Assembly (NCBI GenBank): GCA_004764695.1
Contig: SMSO01000033.1
Span: 2,542,001-2,606,000, forward strand
DNA: 64,000 nt
Source: Schizochytrium sp. TIO01
Taxonomy: Eukaryota; Protista; Bigyra: Labyrinthulomycetes
Direction of reading: 5' to 3'
Every line of letters begins with the position of its first letter. Position 1 is the first letter of the stretch. A program made the position numbers and the translations under genes. The notes under the pieces were generated by a model. It was not told the origin of the DNA. It worked only from the letters and a program-made list of their open reading frames with translations, and did no database searches. Below are positions 36,201 through 46,500 of this stretch, in pieces.

Positions 36201-39200
36201 CTTCGGGGGTTATGAAGTCTCCAAACTCACACCTGTGTCAAGTCAATCGAATGTTCAATACGAGGTCTCGTGAGAACAACAATTCGTGAATTTCAAGACA
36301 GCCTTGCAGCTCCAGGACCGACATTGATGACACAGCCTAGGCAAACCTGACAGCTAGCTGCGAGCGACGACGGAACTTACCAGGTTTTCACAGAAGGGCA
36401 TGTTTTGTGCAGAGATTTAGCAATTGCCTTGGCGCCGTCGATGCCGATGTGATTGTGTTGGAGACTGTGTGGTCACCAATAAGCGATTGTAATGTCGCGA
36501 CATGTCAGTTCAGTGCGTTTGATTCTCGACGATATTGAGCCACAGCCATATACTGCACCACTCTCCTTTCCTTGTGTTCGATCTTGGGATTTGGCAAAAG
36601 GCCGCTTCGGTTGTTGCTCTTTACCATCGGTTCACCCATTTATTCCCTGCATTCCTTATGTCCGTAATCATTCAGGGCTCTTTCATTGACTGTTTTCTTT
36701 CTCGCTCTCTATTTCCTTTTTTATTTTTTTCCTCTCTCTCTCTCCAGTTTCGAATCTCAGCGCGCAGCTCTCTTTTTGCCCTCTTTCTGCTCTACAAACG
36801 TACGACAATCGAGTGAGGTTTTTGCATCCCTTCAGTGCTTTGGCGACTGCCTTTGCGCCCTCATCGCCAATGTTGTTCTGTGAAAGACTGTGTACGAGTA
36901 TTTTTCATTCGTTGTGCAATACAATTATTACGCGTCAGTCACTTGAGTGTTTCCAATACTCCAAACAAGCGCTCCCCCGCCACCACAGGAACCCAAACAG
37001 CGTTCTCAACGTCATGTTCTTTCTGTCTGTGCTGTATTTCCGTAATTCTTCTCTCCTCATTCAATGAAACGTTGCGCATTCTATTCACATGATAACTCAT
37101 CACCGTTGCTATCTTTTGCTCTGTTCCCGAAAGCGCTTCTTCAAGTTCTATCGCCCAATCTTGAACTTCATGTCCTCAATTCTCTGTCTTTGCAAGGTGA
37201 CTTTCCCGTTTTATCACCTTCACAACTCAGCGCAGCGCAAGTTTTCGATTCTACGAACGTACTACAATTCTGTCAGCTTCTCGCACCCCTCAAGAGCGTT
37301 GGCGACTGCCTTTGCGCCCTCAGAGCCAATGTTGTTCTCTGAAAGACTGTGTACGAGTATTTTCCATTCGTTGTGCAATACAATTATTACGCGTCAGTCA
37401 ATCAGTTAATCAGTCAGTGAGATCGTGAACTGCTTTCATGTCTGCGTCTCAAGTTCTTCTGCGAAGCAATACTTCTGCAACTTCACAACACTGATTCTCT
37501 ACATTCGCATTCTCTGCTCTGTCTGTTTTTGCATCATTCGTCCTCAGCATTCAAAATCCTACTCATCGCTTTTGACAGTTCTTTTTGAGTTTGTTTTCAC
37601 ATCGTTTCTTCTGTTCTTTCTTTCTTTCCAAACAAAGGAACTCTTCTGCAACACATATGATTTTCTCTCTTTGGTCTCTCTTCTTTCGTTCCGAGTCGAC
37701 CATTTCTCTTCTTTTTCTATTTCTTTTTCCTTTTCGCATCTCAAAGGCTGAAATGAAATACGAAACAGCAGACTTTTCCAAACGTACCCCAATGTAGCGA
37801 GGTCTTTGCATCCCTTCAGTGCTTTGGCGACTGCCTTTGCGCCCTCAGAGCCAATGTTGTTCTGTGAAAGACTGTGTACGAGTATTTTCCATTCGTTGTG
37901 CAATACAATCAATCTTACTCAGTCAATCGCTGTCCATCTGAATGCCTTCTTTCTTCTCGTGTCTTCAGAGAACTAAGAATGTCTCTCTCAGCGCCATTCT
38001 TCGTTGTCTCTGCAATATTCATCCGCACTTTCAAATTCACCACTTTCGTGGGAGTGTGATTTCTCAATTTATTTCTTTCCCCAAATAATCGTATTTTGCT
38101 TATTCTTCCTTGCAACTTTAATCTTTGAAAGAGTGTTCTTGAAAGATCATACGTGTTTGCTCTTTCTTTTGTGCGTCTCTTTTCTTACGTTCTCCCATTC
38201 TCTCTTTCCGAACCAAAACGCATCGATAGTATGATGGTACCATAACTACTGCGCAGTGGAGATTCAACACGCTCATAAAACATACCTCAATGTGGTGAGA
38301 TTATCACGACCTTTCAGTGCGTTTGCGACGGCCTTTATGCCCTCTTCGCCAACGTTGTTCCCCCAAAGCCTGTCATTGGTTGTTAGAAGAGAGTATTTTC
38401 AAAGTTAGTAAAAAGCTGCATTACTTCTCAAGTGTTCTTTTAACATCACAACTCCAATTGCAGAACTCTCTCTCTTTCTCTCTTTTCGCTGTGAGGAATC
38501 GTCGTTCTGAAGAGCCTTCCTTCTCTCGATGAGTACCAACATGTAAGCAATAAGTATATTGCTTCTGTACACTTTATTGTTGTTCTGTAAACTTTTACTC
38601 CGATTACACCTTCCTTTTTTTTATATTATTATTATTTTTTCATGCTTTTCAATTTAAAAATAAAACAAACAATTGGTACTGTTCTTTTCCGCTTTGAAAC
38701 AAGGCCCCATCACTACTAACTGCCAAGGTGGGTGGGTAATCTTTCAAACAGCTATTGTATAAACTTATATATCAATCAAACGTACCTCAAGTCAGTGAGA
38801 CTCTTGCATCCCTCCAGAGAGATTGCGATGGCCTTTGCGCCCTCTGTGCCGATTTTGTTGTTAAAGAGGCTGGTTTGTGCAACACAACAAATACGAGTCA
38901 GTCAGTCAACTGCTTTCATGTCTGCTTTCATCAAGTTCTTCTGCGAAGCAATACTCCTACAACTTCACAACACTGATTCTCTACATTTGCGTTCTCTGCT
39001 CTGTCTGTTTTCCTTCAGCATTCAAGTTCTATTCAATGTTTTTTACTTCTTCTTGAGTTTGATTCGTATCATTTGTTCGGTTCATTCTTTCATTCTTTCC
39101 AAAGGAAGGAACTCTTCTGCAACAAATACTTTCTCTCTTTGTGGCCCCTCTTATTTCTTTCCGAGTCGATCATTTAAAAAAAATTTTAGCATTCCAAAGG

Positions 39201-39498
39201 CTGAAATGAAGCACCGAATAGAGACTTTTCAAAACTTACTTCAATCTAGTGAGGTTCTTGCATCCCTTGAGTGCATCTGCGAGGGCCTGAGCCTGCACAG
39301 CGCATATGCTCTCGCAAGCCAGCCTATGTTTGTTGGAGATCAAGGTATGCGATTCTCAGTTCATTAGTTCTAAATCTTAGCTTTAAAATAAATTGCTCAA
39401 AGGCCATGCCTCGATCTTCTACCCCTCTCTCCAGCATGCACTTACCAGACCTCCGTCGTACCATTGGTGATTTCCCCAATACTCCGTGCAGTCGTCAT
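33248..39498 (-). CDS. LRR (7x RNI-like) / helical region / non-RD Ser/Thr protein kinase / RBR-like RING E3 ligase fusion, 1158 aa, 10 exons
   Basis: Exons 39498-39446, 39323-39240, 38869-38786, 38369-38286, 37871-37788, 37346-37263, 36887-36804, 36464-36381, 36232-36080, 35930-33248. All introns are GT-AG and phase 2; the total is 3477 nt with no internal stop. Kinase motifs VLKQ, HCDIKPEN, DFDG, YLAPE, DMYSVG; RING1 CPVC..C..EHFLCRDC..C....C; Rcat-like CPNC..FEGCSAVIC..CGHRFCAWC. Confidence 0.88.
36381..39323 (-). repeat. Array of seven 84-nt exons, each encoding one 28-aa leucine-rich repeat, spaced about 420-525 bp apart
   Basis: Exon translations: LACESICAVQAQALADALKGCKNLTRL, LFNNKIGTEGAKAIAISLEGCKSLTDL, LWGNNVGEEGIKAVANALKGRDNLTTL, LSQNNIGSEGAKAVAKALKGCKDLATL, LSENNIGSEGAKAVANALEGCEKLTEL, LSQNNIGDEGAKAVAKALKGCKNLTRL, LQHNHIGIDGAKAIAKSLHKTCPSVKT. 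Each is bounded by YAG and GTA(A/C/T)G. Confidence 0.93.
37425..39239. repeat. Dispersed duplicated intron block (about 37425-37787 and about 38905-39239)
   Basis: Shared colinear segments aactgctttcatgtctgc, caagttcttctgcgaagcaatact, caacttcacaacactgattctctacatt, aaggaactcttctgcaaca, ttccgagtcga, aaaggctgaaatgaa and gacttttc. Confidence 0.9.
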
Positions 39499-40388
39499 TG
39501 TCTTTCAGTCTTAACCTTGAGCAGACGTATCACGCTTTCCGTCTTTTGCGTTCCTTTCTTTTGCACGATCAAGATCAGATGGCCTGCTCTCGCTAGAGAA
39601 CAGCAACTCGAACTTCAAAGCCTCAAGGAAGAACGGACTCCGCGTGAATAAGCGCGAGTGTCTTTGCAGAGCAGAGCGAGCCCGTCCGCCCAATCAACGC
39701 GACGTGTGGCTCGGGAGAAACCGCGGGTGTATCGAGCGCGCTCGCTTCCTTCTGTTCAGGCTTTGCCGGCTTCGGCGCGAACATATCTCCCTGCCTTATT
39801 CTTGGAGGTCCGTTGGATCAACTTTTTCCTGAGAGCGCAAATGCTAAAAATGGATTCTAGGAGTCGACCCATTGCGGCCCTACGCGTGTTCAAGGTCGTA
39901 GTAATTGGTTGCATAGAAGGCCTTGAATGGGGCAGCTGCAACTATTTAGTGAATACGTAGATGAGGAAAAGTCGCTTGTAATAGCCTTTTTGCTTTGAGC
40001 ATGGGCAAGTAGTATTGAAAGCCTGAAATATGTCCCATTGTGTAAACGTCACGTCAGTAAGCAAGGTACTTGTATTTGCTCTATATATATATACACACTA
40101 TTGAGTTGAGGCCGTCTTTACGAGCTCAGTGAACGATATATTCGTATAAGTATATAAATGTTGCCTTTCATGGATTGATCGTGCGAGGGGGTAGAGGAAG
40201 ATTTCATCATGATTACCGTGACTGGAGAGGCAACCAGAAGGACACTGAAGGCCATACTTTGGGAGGGGAAGGAGGGCTCATCTACGAATAAAGGCTTTTA
40301 TGAAACAGGGGACGCAATATATGCTCAGGAGACGCCGCAACAGTTCGGGTGACTAGACCCGGATACTATTTGACCATGATATGCAATC

Positions 40389-42480
40389 CTAAAACCTCAG
40401 CGAAAACAGCAAGGCCACAATGCTGGCAATGAGCCCTTCTTGAGATACTTCTATTCTTGGATAGTTTTCATAATCTCTTTCTCTGACCTGCAGGGTTCGT
40501 TGTTGAGCTTTTAGAAAGCCCCTTCCGTCGCTGGTCTTCTTCGCGACCTTTGAATCCCCCTTTTGAACGTGCAACATTTCTAAGCTCCCAGCGTACAGGA
40601 ACACCGTGGCATCACTTCTGACTCGTCCTGTAAAACCAGTAGTTTCAAGGGTTTTTCCAGTCTTTGCTATTTGAAAAGAAGATGCACAATCAGAGGAATA
40701 TTTGATGAGCCAAAGAGCTTGGTCAAAGTATTCTTGGTCATAGTGCTTGCAGATACTTTAAGACTCAGCGAAGCATGTATGTTGAAAGTCCAGCACCTGA
40801 ATACGGAAGTTTTCCTTGGCTATAAATATGAAGGGTTGGTGTAGAGTAGAACTCCGGCAGAGACGATAATTCAAAGGCTGAAACGTACGGTACTTTATAT
40901 TTCTACCCAGTGCGATCTAGTGAATTTTAAAAAGCATCTAGAACAAGCCTGTGTAGAGCCCCATTTGAATTTGTATGGAGGTCTCCAAAGAGTCCTTTCG
41001 AACCAAAACGTATATTTGGGACTGAGTGGATCGCTGGTACATCCATGAGTCCTGTAATCGAAGAGTCCGCTCAGAACCTGAAGAAAATGCGGTGTCAGAG
41101 CCATCACTTTCTACCACGAGAAAAAGATTTGACGGTTTCAAATTTGGCTCGCGTGTTGCCATCCTGGTTTGTTCCCAACCAAAGAACCTGACGCCTATTC
41201 TTTCCTTAGGGTCCTGCATTAATTTTGTCCAGAGGCTGCTTAGCATTGATTCGGGTCCATCCTGGCAAAAGACTTTAAAGATTTGAATCCTTTGCGACAT
41301 TAATTCTCCATCGGCTCGGGACCCGACGTCTTCAGTCAGATCAACTACAGTCCCGTGGGGGAATTCAAAAGTATCATTAACGGGGGTACACCTTGCACTG
41401 TAGCTTATTGTCTCCTGTATCAGCGGGCGCGTCCCATGCGTGATACTGCATTGTGAAGGAGATTTCTGACATCGAGAAAACCATCATAGCCGTTTGAATT
41501 GTTAAAGTGCTCAAAGTTTTATACCTTGGTAGATGAATCAATTGGAATATCACAAGCTGCTTGCGGGAAGACCCTTTCGCTCTGTGTCTCAAAGGCTTGT
41601 TGTTTCGCTTGTGCAATAACAACCTGCCGTTTTCTTGATTTCGACGAGACTAAGCAGCACATTTTATACCCTTTGCATGGATGGTATTGTGAAGAATGGC
41701 AGCCTTCCCATCTCACATATTCCATCTCAGAAATCAGACTATATGTGGAGGAACACAGAGCCTCTATCTGGAGAGTTGTGTTATAGGAAGTGTCATAGAC
41801 TTCATGGGTATGTACACGTATATGATCGTGTAGTTTGTGATTGTAAGCATCTGGTTACGAAGTATCATATATGGAATAAGAACTCATTTTCTATTAATTC
41901 TTTCATTTAAAAAGTGGTGAGTATTCATGACTTTCGGTGTTTTGTCAAGCCCATGCATGCATTTGGGAATGGAGTCCGCAACCGTGGCGAGATGATGATA
42001 GCCTACCTGTGAGGTTTCAATAGCAGGATGTATAAATCTCTTCAGATCAAACTTACGTTTGACTCCATCATGGTATAGTCAATTTGGGCTAGATGATGAG
42101 TTTCTTGCGAGAATCTACTATGCCTGACACGCAGAGCATCAAAGAGGATAAGAATTTGCAAATATAATTTCTCAATTTCAAATAAAACCTGTATCTGAAA
42201 AGAAACAGCAGAATTGCCTCTTTCATTTTTTAAAATCATGTAAGACCCTGTGCTTATGTTGTTTTGCAAGTCTAAGAACTCTTCTTAGCAACAAATCAAT
42301 GTACTTAAGATCTACCAGCATCAAAATTTCAAACGTTGACTGAATCACAAGCAAATGGACAAGGTCAAAACAGCTTTATAAAGCTTGAGAGAAGAGCAGT
42401 TAAAGTTCTTATTTAAGCAAGCGCAGAATGACGCCTCCTTCTGACTTTTTGTTTCCACTTCAATCGCATTGTTCATCCAA
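40389..42480 (-). pseudogene. Probable decayed gene, possibly a type II membrane/secretory enzyme
   Basis: Chain of same-strand protein-like ORF fragments (42042-42269, 41519-41725, 41377-41622, 40938-41300, 40895-41107, 40389-40604) broken by stops and frameshifts, with a hydrophobic segment near the 5' end. Family not identified. Confidence 0.3.
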
Positions 42481-43564
42481 CAATAGAATGCAGTCAAATC
42501 TGACTCGTTGAGTTCAAGTTATCGATATGGTTCGGATTACCTCCCTCCGCCAGCTCCTGCACCTCGTTTGTTTGCATTTGCACGCGAACTATGCGAGATT
42601 AGGCCTAATTATTCATGATCTACGTAGTTTCTTTGCTTCTCTCTATTTCGGTTGGGAGTTCTGCTTTCTGATTTTCATGGTGCGAGAGATTGTTTTGGCT
42701 TGAGTTTTAACCCGAGCTAAACAATTTCAACTTATTACCTTTGACTAGTGAGAGTACGACCTTGGTATATTCTCAAAAACAGTCCTTTTTGATGATACAC
42801 TCGGTGCCTGTGATCTTAAATGAGTTGTTCAAACATAAATCATGCTCAGATGCCACTTTTATTATTATTTTAAAAATAAACCCCAAACTCTGGACTGTGA
42901 TTTTAAGAAAATGTGAGATATGACGTGGTGTTGTAAGCTATCAGAAGGTCTCGTTTATTTAGATCTCGTTGGTCTTCTAATGGAGCTGTCGAATGATGAA
43001 TTGAGCTCTTTGCAGGAAAGTTTTCAAGAAATACTAATTGAAATTACCCAAACATAATTGCAGGTGAGTTGTATGCGACAAATGAATGAAAACATAGTTT
43101 GTGGAGTTGCAATGCCGCCAACACAGGAAGTTGAAAGTATATATTACATTTTAGAAATGGCCATTGTATGTATGAAGGGTGCTGTGCAACAGTATTGGGT
43201 GAGGGGGGGGGGGTTAGTTTTTAATGACCAAGATCTTTGAAGATTTATCGGAGAAAGGGCCACAAGTAAATTAATCAAAGAAAAGTATTGCGAACCGGTT
43301 CCTTATATTACAGTCGATTCAGTTGTCATAATAATTACTGAGATTTGTGTTGATTTGAAGGATTCGTGCGAATTGTGTACTAATTGTGGGCGACCTACAA
43401 GTTATTTCCTATACTTCCTTCACAGTCGTACTAATCTCTACTAGTAGATAAGTACTATCTCTAGAGTAGCAAGCACAACACAAAACAAGAAAAAAGAACG
43501 AGACCTTTCTTTGTTGATTACAATCTTGCAATCAAGGTCTCGATGCAACAGCTGTGAGAACGCA

Positions 43565-46500
43565 ATGTCAGAAATGGAGGCACCCGAGTGGGCAGATTAT
43601 TCTAACGCAAGCGCGGCTGAGACCTTTGTGGCAGCCTTGGAGATGCTCTTGGCGCAGTGGGGTCTTTCGGATGCGCTCCAAGCTCGGCCGGCTTCTCCAG
43701 CAAACTCTAAACTGCGATTTCGAGCAGATTCTGAAGCAAACGGTGACCACTCGGAGCGAATAATACACCAAAACAAGAACTCCACGACTGAGGATCTCAA
43801 CTTCAGAAAAGATAACATCTCAGGTGAGCTAAATCGTCATGGGTATGCTGAAGTTGAGGGCGAAGACGAAGATGATGACGATCTTGTAGAATATAGATCA
43901 GAAGAATTACCCCTGGGAAAAGATAGATATTCAGTGCTCTATATTCCACATCCCGATGGAGCTTTTGCTCGTGTTCCTGTGAGCCCTGTAGAGGCTCGCC
44001 TCTCCCTCGCAGAAGTCATGCTCCTTACAACGTCGCCAGAATTTCGTCCTTTGGAGCAGCCTTCTACTCTAGAACAACTCTTTGGTGTCGCAGAGTACGT
44101 GGTCTTGAGTCCAACACAACGCCGTGCAAACCTGAATGATGTATCGTTGTTGCTATCCAGTGCATCATTGGCATTACCGACTTGCGCAAGACCCGTGCCG
44201 TGTTTTGTGCCAGTTCCGAGAGGATCAACGGGTGATATCTCTTCACCTGTCAGTTCTCACGAAGGAAGCCGAAATGCACTTAAACGTCGCCTTCAAGGAG
44301 TAGTATATAAGTTATTACCACAGTTGCAGAAATCCACTATATCTTACTACGGAACATGGACAGCAAGTTCTGAAAGCAATCCTGGCACTGTGATTCATTT
44401 CAACTCGGTTGAGCAACGCCTTGGTGATGTTCCCAAGACACTTAGATCACTATCTGGGATCTGTAGGCTTTTTCGCGGGAAATTGGGCCAGCACTCTCTC
44501 GGCAGTAGTCATCATGGCCAGAAACAAAACGCTGGATTTAATAATCGGTCAAATAATGAACATTCGGACAAGCGTCTCTCGTCAGGAGATGTACTAGTGA
44601 GCATTCGTTATACATACGAAGGGCGCCGCCATTGGAACCCTCATTTTCTCACTAATCCATCTGCTGATGCGCACACAAGAGCAACCAATTGGACAGAATG
44701 GCATGATAGTGATCTGAGTTGGCGGCTCCATCTTGATCATTTTGGCAAGCCTCCAGCAATAATTGCCCTGCGCGGTGGTTTTGGCCGCCCTCCATTGTGG
44801 GGACCACTTTCAGATCCTATTGCAAATGTTGGCTTGCAGATTCTTTGGCCTGCGTTTTCTGATGATCAAGTAGTAGATAATGAGACAATCTGTACACTTA
44901 TACCCGAAAGTGCGCCGACCTGGGTGGTTGAAGCCTGTATAGATGCTGAGCTACAAGACTCAGAAGTTGACTATGGAAATGAGTCATTAGCCCCTGAAGA
45001 TGTCTACTACGGCCACAATAGGGAAGCTGATCATGATTGTGAGGAGAACTCATCTGCTTCTTCCAGCAGCGAAGATAAGAGCGTTGTAGAAAATGAAGCT
45101 ACTTGTCCTCTTTCTAGCTCCGTAAGATACTTGCAAATAATGGTAGACGCATCAATGTCAGATCATTATCGGAACGCCTTGCTTTCACGACTGCCACAGG
45201 ATGAGGAAGATGTTGAAAGGGAGTATCATCAGCAACATAACAGGGGATACCAAACACGAATGAACAATCAAAGTTTTGACCAACAACCTGGAGGACCAAC
45301 GCAGGCACCGGCTCGAGCAGGACGCGGTGCGCGCAATACCTCGCTTGAGGAAGCACGCATTCAAGGCCTCATTAAGGACCTTTTTACTTCTTCTCCAGAC
45401 GCAGAGTTGCCTCGAACCGTATTAGTTCAACTTCAGCGATTAAAACAACTGTACATGGAAGGTTCACTAACAAACCATGAATTTAGAGATGCAAAGGAGC
45501 GCATCCTTATTGAAGCTGGACGTGCTGGCCCTGATCTAGATTATGGTATGTCTTCACAGTGGGCAGATGAATCATCCGCACAATTTAACGTTTTGCAACG
45601 CCCATGTCCAGAGTGCTGGTTGTGCTCACCAGAAAGTTGCTTAAAAACGCACCGTGTTCCAGCAACGCGCGCGGCGACCAGCGTAAAAGGTGCCCCAGAG
45701 GGATCCCTACTGTCTGTTCTTGCCTTGCGCATTATTCCTGAATTTGGTGCCAGCATGAGCGCTGCGTCCGCTTTATGGCGAGCGTTTGTGGCAGAGCTAA
45801 GATGGTATTGGGAAAATGCTGTTCTTATTCCTGTCAACGCCAGTAGTCGGAATCCGCTGGAGCCTGTGGACCATCAGGATTGTATTTTACACCAAAAATT
45901 AGCGCTCTTGAACCTCTGTATTGCTGCTCGCGCTCATGCTCAATTTAATCACGAGTCTAGGTTAGATGAAGTAGCAAGTTTAAGTAACACGGGTATAGCG
46001 AAAGCAAAAGGGGTCGAACTCAGCGGATCCGTGTCTGGTAATAGAAATGATGATTGCAAAGGCATAGCAGAGGACAAAAACGTTTACGAGGGCCTAGAGG
46101 AAGAGGGTTCAGACACCTTCTTTGACGCTGCCTCATCTAGTCCTATATCCCCATCACACACGGCACAAACGGTTGGAGGTTTGAGTGTTCCTTGGACAAT
46201 CGAAAACAGTCTCATGACCGAGGATATGGTTCGTGAGCGCACAGAACTTATGAGCTCACTTGCTTTGAAGCAAAATACTGCAGCTTTGCACAAAGAGATG
46301 CTTTCGACGTCTTTGCGTTCAGAAATTTCTGCGTTCAAGGCAGCTAATGTGGAAGCAACTTTTGAGGATTTTAAGCGTTTTAAAGGGCGCACACGCATGC
46401 TTGGGGACTTTTGGAGAAAGTTGTGGGATGAGACCGAGGCAATGACCTTGCGCGACCAAGTTCGGCAGAACCCCACTTTGTTTGTTCATGCGGCCGAAGC

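Noticed and set aside
36804-37910. Regularly spaced direct repeats resembling a CRISPR array or transposon ends
   Set aside because: Units are about 120-140 bp with 340-440 bp spacers, carry splice sites and encode LRRs. There are no cas genes, TIRs or target-site duplications, and the context is eukaryotic.
36492-39651. Many plus-strand Phe/Ser/Leu-rich ORFs (e.g. 38732-39367)
   Set aside because: Antisense read-through of pyrimidine-rich intron strands and LRR exons.
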